Position numbers and translations under genes: made by a program. Under the pieces are notes generated by a model that saw nothing but the letters and a program-made list of their open reading frames with translations, was not told the DNA's origin and did no database searches. This document shows, one piece after another, positions 24,268 through 37,850 of a stretch of DNA of 64,000 nt; position 1 is the first letter of the stretch, and every line of letters starts with the position of its first letter. Source of the stretch: Takakia lepidozioides (lineage: Eukaryota; Plantae; Bryophyta); NCBI GenBank assembly GCA_030704615.1, contig CM060734.1, positions 23,250,001 through 23,314,000 of the forward strand, in the 5' to 3' direction.

Positions 24268-25270
24268 GCTTTGGGGAGTGTCCACATGATACTGGTGGAG
24301 AGAGAAGAAAGAGAACAAATGGAACTTTGTAACGTCCACAGGAAGCTTGAAGAGCTTATGGGACAAAAGAAAGCAGTAAATAAGAAAGAGGGGCCGTCAA
24401 CAAACAGCCGGGAAATCAAGAGCTCTTCTTCGCCGTGCAGATGTACTGCCAGGCATCTCTCATCCTCGTGATGAAAGACCTCAGCGGGTTGGCTGTTCCT
24501 GGTGAACTGGATATCATACAAGCCGGACGATTAAACAAGAAACGTTTGCTAGTCTCAATCTCTCACCTGTCCTCTCTAGCACAAACAGGGCACTGGTGTC
24601 CAGTGAAGGGGATGAGGACAGACTTCTATAAACATCCATGGGACAAAGTAAAACAATAGATAGAGAGAACCAGGGGCAATGGCTGAACATTGTCCCTATA
24701 GTGTCAAGTGAGATAATCTCCCTTTTGGCAGAGGTCCCCTGTCCATATGTATCAGTCTCTTCAGCGATTCTTATGTCGTTCAGCCCCTTGTCACCTTAGA
24801 GGACAGCTGATGTAGCAGTATATGACAAGACAATTGATTGTTGAAAAGTGTCGATTAGCCCAGGTTATTTCAACAGTAAATTTTCTTGTATAGCATCCAC
24901 TTGTTCATTCAATTCTACTATACAGAGCTACATTCACATGGTCTTTCTATTGCATCGTCCTCTGGTTTTCAAGGGGCCAGAGAGGTGGAGAGAGGCCATT
25001 GAGCTATGTAGGACTACTTACCTCCATGCGGGTTCCCGTGTATTATATTCACAGACTGCTTCCGCTCACGGACATCAACTCCGGCTTTTCGCGCGTGCGG
25101 AAAATAAGATAAAGAATAAAGATAAATAATAAAAGCGTATTTGAAACGATGGAAGGTTCTGGTAGCGGCGCTGCCGGGGTCGCCGTCTTCGCGCAGCCAC
25201 ACAATTAGGGTTTTGGATAAGAGAGCGTTGGTTTGCAGGGTGCGGTGGAGGGCTGTAGGGCAGGCAGGGT

Positions 25271-25670
25271 ATGGGGTTCTTGAGCCGCCGCCTGCACACT
25301 CGTCCGCTGCGAGCGTCGTCGGCCGCCATCGCTGCCATGGCGATGAGAGGTCCTTCCCCTCTCGAAGTGTGCCTCCCTGCTGCAGTTTCTGTGGGTCAGC
25401 TCTCAGAAGTATGCGAGCGGAAAACTGTGTCGGTCTCTGCTTCGAAGGCAACCGCTATTCGTGAATTCAGGCCGTTGCATGAGAAAGGCAGTTCTAAGGA
25501 CTGGGAGAGCTCTAAGGCCTCCACGAGACGAATGAGCGTGGCAATGACGCCTGCACGGAGGCTGATACTCACCCGGGGATTCAGCACTGCAATGTCGTCC
25601 AGTAAAGGTCATTTGATGGGTTTAAGCCTTGTTTACTAGTCTGCTCTGGTGTACTTTGTATGTGTACGCA

Positions 25671-25714
<44 letters not shown>

Positions 25715-28493
25715 GAGGAGTCCTTACACCGATTGCACTCGGAGGATTGCAAAGAATCTTAGTATAGCGGAGTTTGAACGACTAGATAACTTTGGGTGTC
25801 GGAGATTTGTTCGCAGTACTTGGATCGAAGGGGCTTTCCTTAGTTCATTGACAAATGCAATGTAGCTTGGATGCATTAGAATAGTCGATGGGAGTTGATG
25901 TTGGAAGTGTGCATCTCCCTGCATTGCTCTATTTGTAAGGCCGGAATTATAGTATACTCACGGTTTAGCTTTGAGCACCAGGCTCTTGCGATATATTATT
26001 CAGTTTAGAAATTGACGTCCGTGACCTTTGCAGGTTCTCCGCTTGCAGGTTTGCGCTATCAAGAACTGTCTGGGGCTCGTTCTCTGGTACTCTTGTTTTA
26101 TTTCGCTTTTCTTGCTAAATATAGGGTTTTCCAACGGTCTTCACTTCGTAGCTAAGATGGGACTTCGGCCCTGTCTTGTAACTCCAAACATTTATCTACA
26201 TTGTAGTGGTGGCAGCTAACAGAAACCGTCGGGGCTGATCCTCTTCATGTGCTATTGCTCACTCCAGAATTTTTGTGACGCCATATTACGGGTAATGTCT
26301 TGCAGCGTGGCGAGGTCGCTTCTATGTCCACCTTGTATAGGCCAGTGTGTGGTTTCCCTGTTGGAAGTTCTTGGAGACAAGGAAGAGGTCTTTTTAATCC
26401 AAATTCCAGGGCTCTGTCAGTGGCAACCGTTGACTGGGGTTCTTCAGAACTGTCAACTACAGATGAGACTGAACTGAAACAGGGTGCACTCAAGGATGAG
26501 TTTGTGTCTGAAGCCCCCGTCAAAGAGGAGGCTGTGTCTGAGTTGAAAGAGGGGCTTGGCAAGGATGAGGTTGTGTCTGCAGTGTGTACCCCTGGTGTTT
26601 CTGAGTTGATAGATACACCTGTTAAGGATGAGACTGAAAATAAGGAGGATATTCGCAACTTGAAAGAGAAAATCGAAGCTACAGAACTGGAGATCGCGGG
26701 CCTAAAGCGGACCCTTGCAGAGAAAGAGGACAAGTCCTTTGAGGAACCCAGACGGGTGAAGAAGCCTGGGGATCCAGATTGGGGGATTCGCACAGTTGAC
26801 CCTCGTCTAAATATTCCACCTTTTGAGCCTAAGCCAAGAACCCAGAGTCTTGCGGATAAACTTGTAGAGGAGCAATATGGAGATAACAAGCCGACGACAT
26901 GGGAGAGGAGCTATCCTCCAGGGTCCTTCTATGATAAGGCAGAAAGGAGGAGGAGGAGGAGGTCACTCGACCAAGGGATGTCTAGGGCAAATACCTCTTT
27001 CATCAAGTTTCCTGGTGGTGATGACAGGGACACTTACAAACCTCCTCCTACTGTTCCACCTGTGCCGACAAATGACTACTCTGAGCCACCAAATCCTAGG
27101 TTTCCACATCCTGTACCTGAGCCTGACTACTCACCGTCACCAGTCTCCAGGTTTCCTCACCCTGTGCCTGAGGACCGCCTTGCGCCAGTATCCAGATTTC
27201 CACCTCCTGTACCTGAGACTGACTATACACCATCTTCAAGAAGCAGGTACCCTTTTCCTGACCGCTCTGCACCAGTATCCCGATTTCCACATCCTGTACC
27301 TGAGACTGACTATACACCATCTTCAAGAAGCCAGCACCCTATGCTGGAGGACCGTCTTGCACCAGTATCCAGGTTCGCTCACCCGTTACCTGAGGATCAA
27401 CCTGCTCCAGCTTCGAGGTTTCCTCACCCTTTACCAGATGACCAACCAGCTCCAGCTTCCAGGTTTCCACACCCGGTGCCTGATGACCGACCAGCTCCAG
27501 TTTCTAGGTTTCCACACCCCTTACCAGAGGACCGACCAGCCCCAGTTTCCAGGTTTCCACACCCCTTGCCTGAGGATCGGTCTGCTCCAGTCTCCAGGTT
27601 TCCACATTGTGTACCTGGGACCGACTACTCACCGTCCAGGTTCTCTAGACCCTCTCCTGAAGACCGACCTGCACCTTCCAGGTTTCCACACCCCTTACCT
27701 GAGGACCGGCCTGCTCCAGTTTCCAGGTTCCCACATCCTGTGCCTGGGAATCAATACACTGCCCGATCTTCTCCAGCTTCCAGCTTTCTGCCAGTGCCTG
27801 GAGGTGATGACATTGTGAATCCACCAAAGAAGAAGAGTCTGGCAGATGAGCTTGTTGAAGAGCAATTTGGCGCAGAGGCCGTAAAGAACATGACGTTCAC
27901 CAGAACTTACCCCCGGGGTTCTTTCTACGATAGGATTGAGAGGAACAAGAGGCGCATGGCTGAAGGGGGGACTTCAGACATTTCGTCGAAACTTGGGGAT
28001 TGGGTGTGCCCCAGGTAAGAACATTGTAGCTTTGCCTTATCTTGGTTTGTCCTTGGGTGGTTTGTTTGCTGTGTCTTACCGGCAAGACAATGGTTGACCA
28101 CCCTTGAGTTAAGAGTATCACATCATTGAAAGAGTAAGCAGATGTTCTTCATTGAGCTTGATTTGTCTATGAGTTTTCTGTCAGGTCAGTTGCGCCTGTC
28201 TGTCTTAATGAAGTACCAGATCTGCACCAAGGGCAAAGATTTGGATGCGTACGTACGAACTAAGAGTCATGGACTCGAAAGATTTTCTTACGCATACCTA
28301 TCATATGCCTGAGCTGACATTTGAATTTTTATTTTGTGGTCGCCACATGGAACTGAGACATAAAGTTGTTTTCCATGACAGGTGTGACTTCCGCAACTTT
28401 TCCAGGAACAGAGTATGCCATAAATGTCAATCTGAACAACCAGAAGAGTCAGAGTCTGGTATTGATCATGGCAGGGCTTCCTGGCACACATGA
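25271..28493 (+). CDS. Pro/Arg-repeat protein with a C-terminal RanBP2-type zinc finger, probably organelle-targeted. Firm exons 26306-28014 and 28382-28493; 5' exon(s) from ~25271 uncertain
   Basis: Splicing gives GDWVCPR|CDFRNFSRNRVCHKCQ (W-x-C-x2-C-x3-N-x6-C-x2-C). The putative N-terminus is Arg/Ser/Ala-rich, but I could not resolve the phase of its junction to 26306. Confidence 0.75.
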
Positions 28494-29362
28494 GGAGCTC
28501 ATTTGAGTTTCCCGGCCAGGAATGTATACTGTGCTTAGAATCTTTTTTTATTTTCGGATTATGTGGAGTAAAACTCCTTCAGAACAAATATCCTGCAGCC
28601 TGATTCAATCAGTGGAGGATAAGTATGATGCCCCTAATACCAGGTCACTAGGCTAGGTTGTCCGACTATCAAAACCTGGAGTATCGAGTATGGAAGCTTT
28701 GGTTCATTGCTATCGTTTACATTCAGGTTACAGCTTCCAGGTTGAGAATTCGGTGTGGCACTTATTTTCAGGGCTTAAACCTAGGGCGCTGTCTAGTTAT
28801 TGCTCGACACCAACTAGAATACTTTTGGATTGTTTAAAAGAGCTTGGATTCTGTGAAGCTGTTCTTCAAGACTTTCCAAACCATAGCCCTCGTCTGGCAA
28901 CCCAATTAATTCAAGCCGATGAAGTTATTTTATTGTTGTTGAGTGGCAAGGTTGTACACACTGTCTGGCATGCATGATACATTGATTGACAGTTGTATTC
29001 CAGCTAGGGTTAGTGGATAGAAGGGATTCCAGTGTGTTTGGTTTAAGGCTGAATTGTACAACGTGAGTCCACATGTTACTACATGAGCATGGAAAAATGG
29101 AGGCATGAGAAAACACGGTAATACAGTCCGAATTTTTCTACGGAAATAGAATATATGTAGGGCAAACATTGGGTCCAAACACATAAATGAACTCAATTAC
29201 TGTGTTCTTACAATCTATGATGTATATATATATATTTGAAAAAAGGGGACAGAGGCTCTTTGGAAACTTTATTAGTCAAGGAAAAAATAATCTTGCATAT
29301 GCCATGAAGGCTGATAGAAGAGTCTCCCCTCCGAACCAAGCCTATCTAGGAGCGAAGCCTAA

Positions 29363-30322
29363 GAGCATCCCCACCGGTGGCACGGCATACGGGTACCTCA
29401 ATTGCCTTTTATTGAGGCATGTCCAGACCCTTAGAAGATGCCCTGGCTGGAGGCGGATGGTTCCCCACCAGTGGCACAGTATCCCGCGACCGTCGAAATT
29501 CTCGGGGCCGCTGAACCTCTCGCTCAACCTCCGAGTGAAGGTATTCTCCAAGAGTGTCATGGACCCTTCTATGCAGGCATTGCAAGACCATCTTGGTGGG
29601 TCTCGTCTTGGACGTGCCCCTAATGTGAATCGAGGGAGGCATGATGGCCATGACAGGATGTTTAGAGACTACTTCGCCGACAATTCTGTGTATAATGAGT
29701 GTTTTTTTCGGAGAAGATATTGCATGGGCCGAAGCTTGTTTTTGAGGATCATGGACAGGGTTGTCGAGCATGACCCATACTTTGCTCAGAAGTATGATGC
29801 TCTAGGTGTACCTGGATTGTCTCCTATCCAGAAGTGCACGGCAGCATTGTGCATGTTGGCTTATGGCATCAGTGCTGATGCCACCGATGAGTACTGTAGG
29901 TTGGGTGCGAGCACGGCAATGGAGTCCATGAAACGATATGTCCGTGCCATCAGAGAGTGTTACCAGTCAACCTACTTGAGGCAGCCATCTAGGGCTGACA
30001 TTGAAAAACAAATGGCCATCAATGAGGCCCGTGGATTTCTTGGCATGTTTGCTTCGCTTGATTGTTTGCATTGGGAGTGGAAAAATTGTCTTGTGGCTTG
30101 GCAAGGCCATAATGCTGACAAGGACAAAAACAATAGGATCATCTTGGAGGCCATTGCAGATCAAGGGATGTGGATTTGGCATGCTATCTTTGGTTTGTCT
30201 GGAGGCAACAATGACATTAACGTTCTTGACAGGTCTCTTTTCATTGCAGAACTATCGGCTGGCGAGGGCATGTCCTTCACTGTGAATGGCAATGTGTACC
30301 CTCGCTTCTACTTGTTGGTAGA
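29363..30322 (+). mobile_element. PIF/Harbinger DNA transposon, left end with truncated transposase (ATG ~29559)
   Basis: TAA target followed by GAGCATCCCCA terminus. Plant_tran-type motifs DYF...FRRRY.M...FLRI, KCTAAL.MLAYG...DEY, SLDCLHWEWKNC, WIWHA.FG..G.NNDINVLD; breaks at YLLVD. Confidence 0.9.
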
Positions 30323-31440
30323 CCCGTCGAGGCACTGGGGAGCTTGAGAGTGTGCACATTTATTATAAGCTCCGGGCAGACTTGATTGAACATCTTTGGA
30401 ATGTTAAAGGAAACCAGACTTTTTGCTGCCATATTTGCATGTTTTCAAACTCATGAAACTAAAGGGCTACCTATACAATGGCAGTGGCTCGGCAATTACG
30501 TAGTCCATAGTCCATATCGGTGCTGCAATTAGGTAGTCCACATGAGGATTTGGAATCTGTACAGACACTGGAATCACATGTAAAATGAGGGGTACCAGGC
30601 ATGGTATCCTGTCCAATGCAATTTACTGACGCCAATGTACAAGCAAGTACTACCTGACAAGAGTCTCTACAAGACTCATGCATTGTACAATTCAGTTATG
30701 GACTTGAAGGGTACAATTGCAGGGGCAACATCATGCAATGTACCAGGCTGCAGTAGAATCTTTCACAATGACAAGTACAACAAAAACCCTTCCACAAATG
30801 CACATGAACTTCCTACCAATATTACCTCAATGAGGACTAGGGAGACAATTGTGAAGTACAACAGAAATAATTCACACAAATCCATATTAACTCCTTACCA
30901 ATATTGCCTCAAGCATGTGAGACTAGGGGTACGATTGCCCCTCCCCAATTACTTGGAGGGTATATTTGCACTGTACCAAGCACTGATGAGGAGCTTTTAC
31001 AATGTCAAGTACAACAAAAATAATTCCCACAAATCCATATGAACTCCTTCCCAATACTACCTCAAGCATGTGAGACTAGGGGTACAATTGCCCCTCCCCA
31101 ATTACATCCCTCCTAGCTCAAGCAGGCCAGTCTATGGGTGCAATTGGCCTTCCCCAAGTACTTTGATTACATAATTGCAGGGTACCAGACACTTATGAGG
31201 AGCTTTTACAATGCCAAGTCAAAATGAAACCCTTCCCACAAATCCACATGACATCCCTCCCCATACTAGCTCAAGTATGCCACAATAGGGGTGCAATTGT
31301 CCTTCCCCAAGTACTTGGATTACATAGTTGCAGGGTATACCAGGCACTTATGAGGAGCTTTTACAATGCCAAGTCAAAATGAAACCCTTCCCACAAATCC
31401 ACATGACAACCCTCCCCATACTAGCTCAAGCACGCCACAC

Positions 31441-32204
31441 CAGCCATTCTTTTAGTGGCGAATAATCGCCACATTTCGACCTCGCGCAGGTCCTGGCGAC
31501 AGGGGCTAAGGGAAATGGGGTTAAGAAATTCAAGGATTGCGCCAAAAACTGATTTGGTGGGCCCATCATTCCCCGGAGAGGCCGAAAGAGGGAGGCACCT
31601 GTCGCCATATTGAAGGGAGGCATTTTATAACCGAGGAGCCAGATCCCACCAACCACCTGCAGGATATCGCCCTATCCCGAGTGGGTGGGAGGACGTGGAG
31701 CCAGCCCATTTTCCTGTATAGATATACGTATGTCCTAACTCTGTATACATAGAATTTGTTGAATTGAATATGTTTAATGTGTATAGTTGGCTTAGTGGTA
31801 CGGTAGAGGACTCTGCTATTATTTGCGGGACTTGGTGTTCAAATTTCAATACCTCTGTATTTTTTCGATAGTAAGGTGGTTTGGATGATAAAGTTCATAA
31901 ATATGGAAAAGGTGGCCGCGTAGGAGGGCAAAAGGGTGATCGCAGAGGAATGAAGATAAAAAGGGTGGTAGAAAAACAGAATGAGAATGTCACTTATTCC
32001 TTTTTTTGGGGATGAAAGGACACGTCAGCAAGTTGAGGACCTCTTGGACTATGTTTTGGATTCATTCGCCCAACACCCAATGGAGATCTCATATTCTCGC
32101 CACATATTTCGACTCTGTATTTTGTACCAGCGCCATACGTGCTCCTCTAAGGTTCTCAAGGACGCCACTTGTGCTACAATGTAAATACCTTAAAAGAAAT
32201 GTTG
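31441..32204. mobile_element. Non-autonomous hAT-type element (764 bp)
   Basis: 8-bp TSD cgccacac / tgccacac. Imperfect TIR cagccattctttta versus taaaagaaatgttg. The satellite resumes in register after it. Confidence 0.75.
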
Positions 32205-32487
32205 TGCCACACTAGGGGTACAATTGTCCTTCGACACCAAGTACTTGGATTACATAATTGCAGGGTATACCAGGCACTTATGAGGAGCTTTTACAATACC
32301 AAGTCAAAATGAAACCCTTCCCACAAATCCACATGACATCCCTCCCAACTAGCTCAAAGATGCCACACTATGGGTACAATTGTCCTTTCCCCAAGACTTT
32401 GATTACATAATTGCAGGGTACCATGAGGAGCTTTTATAATGCCAAATCAAAATGAAACCCTCCCACAAATCCACATGACATTCCTCC

Positions 32488-33200
32488 CAGCGTGTTTTTT
32501 TTGCGCGAAATTTCGCCACTTTTCGATCCAGAAATTGGCCTCACGAAATTTACAAAGGAATTATGGGTTAAAATATGGCACTGTTTCGCATTACTGCCCT
32601 CCCTAATGCCATCATGTTGCTGCAATGAGGACGTCGCCTATACAACTGTCGCACAGGGAAAGAGTCACGTGCCATTTGGGTTCGTTAGATCCAGATGATC
32701 TTGCCTATCGATTTCTAGAAACCTACCACCCTGCCAGCGCAAGGAGCAAAGCCTTGGGTTCAAAGTCTTGCCACTTTCGCCAAGGGGCCAAGCTATGGAG
32801 GGAACTCTCATTTAGGTTTCGCTTACCCGCCTAGTATCCGTGTCATGCACCTCCATTTAAGCAGACTTGCACCGCCTCTTGCAGTGGCACATGAGGCTTT
32901 GAGCAGAGTTGCTAATCTTGGACAAGATTAGTCATATTTGTCAATGGATTGTATCCATGTGACAGAGTTGTGCTAGGCTTTACAATATGCAGTGACGTTG
33001 TTACTTAGAAAAAATTACCTCCCTTGTCGCTCCCACAAACCGAACACTACCTGAGTTGAGTTCGCATAAAACTCATCAAACATTCTTGACAGTAGCCACC
33101 GGTTCGAGATCACATGCCACGGAGTCGCCGATTGATCTTCCTAATAGACCAGCCAGGAGCCAACGTGGCTCAAGTTCTTAAATGAAAAAAAAAAACGCTG
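32488..33200. mobile_element. Non-autonomous hAT-type element (713 bp)
   Basis: 8-bp TSD attcctcc / atccctcc. TIR cagcgt(g)tttttt versus aaaaaaacgctg. Subterminal gcgaaatttcgcc. Confidence 0.8.
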
Positions 33201-34829
33201 ATCCCTCCCCATACTAGCTCAAGCATGCCACACTAGGGGTACAATTGTCCTTCCCCAAGTACTTGGATTACATAATTGCAGGGTACTAGACTCTTATGAA
33301 GAGCTTTTACAGTACCAAGTCAAAATGAAACCCTTCCCACAAATCCACATGACATCCCTCCCCATACTAGCTCAAAGCATGCCACACTAGGGGTACAATT
33401 GTCCTTCCCCAAGTACTTTGATTACATAATTGCAGGGTACCAGGCACTCATGAGGAGCTTTCACAATGGGTTGTCTCTTTTGTCAAAGAGCAGCAAAGTA
33501 CCAGCATGTCTCAATCTTTCAGAAGGTCTAACACACTGTCATAGAACTTGTATTGGACACATTTCTTCTCCGACCTTGCAAAATATGATATGTGGCAATT
33601 GAAGGCCTCAGCTCTCTTAGCTATGGCCTGCCAATATTCCTGCCCAGACCAACAATTTCAGGGTGCTTGTCACTCAACCACATAGTGGCAAAATCCACAT
33701 GAGACCATGCTAAGACCCACTGGGAAGGTTGAGGGTATAATAAGTTTGGAGTTCATGATGGGGATGATGAAAGGCTTGGCAAGCACACGATAAAACATTG
33801 AAAGTTGGCATGTCGAAGTAAATAATGGTCACCCTTGGCCCAGCACAGTGAAGTGCATATGAGAATATATTATGGAAATACATACCAAGCATCCTCCCAA
33901 TACTTGCTCAATGACTGAGACTAGGGGTACAATTGTCCTTCCCCAATTACTTGGAGGTTATAATTGCAGGGATATAACTGCATTGTACGAGGCACTGATG
34001 AGGAGCTTTGCATCTATGAGAGCAATGAATGAGACAAGGGGTAGAAAGATCACAAATGGTTAACAAAGGTGCACATGGCAATGGTTAAAAAGATTATAAA
34101 GCACATGCAATGATTCCTCACATGTCCCAGCACCTCAGCAAAATTCACGAAGGGCTTACATTTGTCATTCCCCAATTACTTGGAGGGTATAATTGCCAAA
34201 TCCAAGCAAAATGTAGGACCTTAAGAATCTTCATTTCAAGCAAACACTACATGGTTGCACTCCCAAAGTGGTCAGATCCCTCACCGAAAATGCCTTCGTT
34301 CAAATTTAGCGTAGCTACGGCGTGAGCCAAGCCCTGTGAGCCTGGGAGCTGAGCTCACGCTTCAGGGAAGCGTGAGCGGCACAAATCTGCTGGAGAAGCA
34401 GGCCCTATAGGCGAGGATTGCAGGAAGAGGGCCAATTACCGTGGACAAAACAGAGGGGGCCACCATGCACCATGTCTGCAATGTCTGCACAAAAAGAGGA
34501 ATATGAACATATGGCAGATTTGAGCTCAGAATGATTGTCACACTTTATTTCAATTCACAGAAAGACGCTTACAATGAATGGCATGTGCAATTGCCTTGGT
34601 TCCGTGAACGAAATGTATGTGTTTGTCCTAGATGCAAAGACTTCACACGATAAGCTGAAAACCAGCATGGGAAGTGGGCATGGCTCGTTTGTGTTCAAAG
34701 AGAATCTGGCGGAGCCCTACTGCCAGGTGTCCCGCTGCAGAAGAGTGATGACTTCTCTGTAGCCTAGTGTGGCTTGGTGAATGAATTGGTCTCTCTTACC
34801 GTCGCAGCACATAATTATAAGGTATATGT

Positions 34830-37350
34830 AATATTGATGCTTGCAGGGGACCCACTTCCCTCTCATGCCGAGAGCGCCCTCACGCATCGTTACAAGATCC
34901 GAACCCTGGATTGCAAAGGGGAGCCTTCAGTGCACCTATTCAGAGCTTTCGCCATCTTCGATGGGTCTCCGGACCTGCTCGCAGCCCTTAGCATCAACAA
35001 AGTCGTATCAGGGCCCTTGCATCCGCCCCGTCCCATCAGAAAATTCCGGTATCTGGTTTGTTGTGTAAGTGCCCGCACCATGTCATCTGCAGTGGCAACA
35101 TACAAGTCACGTCCTGCTTTGGTAGACTGCTACATCCAGGCGTTGTGAACAGTCTCCGCCAAATTACACGAAGGCATGACGGCCAAGTCCTCCAAGGACA
35201 TGTCCTGCAGGAGGCAATGCACGCAAATGTGAGGAATGAAAGGAAATGGCAGAGGTTCTGCAAGTGACAATCCAACAACCCCAGAGGAATTGGAACAGAC
35301 ACGATGCAAAGTGAAATTTGTGTTTTTGGGGTTGCAGAGGCTTACCGTCGTCATGAAAGCTCCCCACTATCTATACCTGAAGTGCCAGAAAACCAACCAG
35401 TCCTCCAACTCTTTCAGCTGGATCCCAGTAGCAGCACCAGAGGAGAACCACCAAGCCCAGATTGCTTGGTAAGTGCTCTCAGCTTCTCCCATTGAGGTGG
35501 CATTTTTGTACTTGAGGCAGAGCCTTCTGTGCTCCAACTGAAGGTTAGGTCGAATGCAACACTTTGTATGACGTGCCAGAGATTGACTCCAATGGAAGAG
35601 GCATGTGCACTCCATATTTTCCATTGGTACTTTAGGATCCCCCGATCCAAAGACCTGAAATTTGCCTGTGCACTATCAGCCATGAACCCCGCAAAATTTG
35701 TGTTATGCATTCCATTGCGCTACATGACGGCCAGGAGAGAATTCCACATGAGCATTTGGGATTCAGTGTCCTCCGACTACATATCACAAATTGCTATGGA
35801 GAGCACACGCTGGTACACTGGATTGTATACATGGCACGCCATGGTTGTCCAACCTTCACCCGTTTGCAGTGATCAAACATTAACCAACATTTCGCCAAAT
35901 CTCCTCCAGGTTGCATTCGGCGGACAATGCTCACACCACTGCCTTCGCCCACTGTGGACATCTTGAACAAATACACCTTGGACGAGCCCTGGCCAGGGAA
36001 GATACTGTTTTGAATGAATTCATAGCGACTCCTCCGTTTGAGGTCCATAATGTTGTCCATGAATCCAGCAGTGCCTGTTCCCATTCTGAGTGCATTCACC
36101 TGGTTTCGAATATTGGGAGAGCTTAACACGGAGAAATGGTCCATCACTGCATCAAGCGAATCTGCATCTAGCATTGGTTGTGTCGCATCCCCTTCACCCA
36201 GTATGTGTTTTTCCAGGAATGTCTTGCTAGCTGCAAGCGCTATAGCAGAAGGTGTTGCACACGGGGCATTGTAGAACTCATGCTTCAGAAGATTTCTAGC
36301 GATGTCTACGCTATCCCTGCAACTTCCCTTCGACACAGGATGCTCGTGTGTACCCATATGAATGCAGGCACGAGTCATTGTCTTGCACCGGTGTGCCATC
36401 TGATACATACGAGTGTGACACACAGAAACACAGGACGGGGCAAGTTTGCAGAACCTACACACAAAAGTATTGGTCTTGGGAGGGGCAAGCCCTGGTGTGA
36501 AAGGATTCAGGGGCACCCCTTTCCACTCACTTTCGTTTGGTTTAGAGCTGTTTCTCAGGCGAGGGCAAGAAGTATTCACGCACTTGCAATGTCCAACGCA
36601 AACCGACCTTCGAAATTTCAATCCAATGTCGTTGTGGATGTTCGATGTTTTTGTCCTGCACCAAGGGTGTCCGTAATGTTTCTTGTCCATGCCCTGTAGA
36701 AGCCCAGCAAGTCCACTGGAAGACGTGGAATGGTTGAGCTCAAACAAAATGTCCCCATCAAATTCTGCTGGCACATATTGAACCCGTTGCACCCGAATGG
36801 ACTCCCAATCAACAAAACGCAGCTCGCTCTTGCACCCAGGCACCCCTGCGAGGGCTTTCAATTTTAGAATGACACTCGTTATCTCCTGCAATTCGTCATC
36901 ATCCAATAATGGAGTCTGGACTGGCGGAGGAATCTCAGAAACATCCTCCGAAGACGTGAAAGAGTCACGAATGTAGTGGATGTGCTCACCTCTTGTTTCA
37001 CATGCACTATGCCCTTCTGCTGCACGACCGATGCTGCAATGCCAGGGGTAATTTACTGATCCTGCTGATTGTCTTCTCTCTTTTCCAATGACCCGATATC
37101 TGCCTGGGAGGACTCTCCACTTCCTCCCACACTCGCCAACCAATGGTTTCTGCAAGTGCCCAGAATCCAAATTCCCATCCTCGTCATACACCTCTTTTTG
37201 AACAAGCAGAGAACCCAATTCCAGATGGAACACTGTAACCAGCTCATCCTCATGAACAACTGCAAACCCATCCTCATCTGCAGTGGGCAGTCAGTGGAAG
37301 ACTACTTGCATTGGAATGAAATCGAGCGAGTCTGTCTCCCTCCTTGGACA
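34830..37350 (-). pseudogene. GCM/WRKY-like zinc finger plus MULE-type DDE transposase, frameshifted, SWIM end not seen (paralog of 56442-59978)
   Basis: HPWCRTKTSN...C.GHCKC.N..C...CRFC...C...HMGTHEHP; MFDHCKRVK; FAGFMADSAQAN; CLFHW; CNLAETVHNAW. Has an intron at the same position as the paralog. Confidence 0.85.
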
Positions 37351-37850
37351 TGTTTTCTTAGACTGAACCAAAGTTGCGATCCACAAAGGGTCCCCAAAAC
37401 TGATAGCCCGTAATTTTCAAGAGGGGATCCCCCTCAAACAAACTGAGGTGAATAAGGGTATCACAGTCCCAATGACTGCGGGCGATGTATGCAATGGATT
37501 TTGGGGTTTACAATTTTGCGAAAGGATGACATGCACGGTGGAAGTCTGCACCGAACTCTGCAGCCAGCCACACTGAGAGACACCAACTGGAAAAACTGAC
37601 TTCAAACTTGCCTAGTTGCAAATTTGGACGTGACGTGGCGTTGACGCGTCAGCGTCACGTCCGACGTCAGCGACGCACGTGCGTCATGTCACGTCCTAAA
37701 CCGACGTTATTGTACATAAATATGTTTATTTTTTCACTTGACTATTGACTATTTATTATGAGAACCGACGTGGCAACCGATGTGGCCTCATTACGTGGAC
37801 TTCATTAATTATCTATAAAATTCATATATTATGATTTATATTGTCAATCA

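Larger units (their letters stand above)
30770..34200. repeat. ~150-bp tandem repeat (satellite family B), interrupted by two MITEs
   Basis: Recurrent unit ctaggggtacaattgtccttccccaagtacttggattacataattgcagggtac...atgaggagctttt. Confidence 0.85.

Noticed and set aside
26877-27818. 313-aa alternative-frame ORF
   Set aside because: Shadow frame of the Pro-rich repeat exon, with no independent evidence.
29187-29558. N-terminal 124 aa of the Harbinger ORF
   Set aside because: Spans flanking DNA and the TIR; chance open frame upstream of the likely ATG at 29559.
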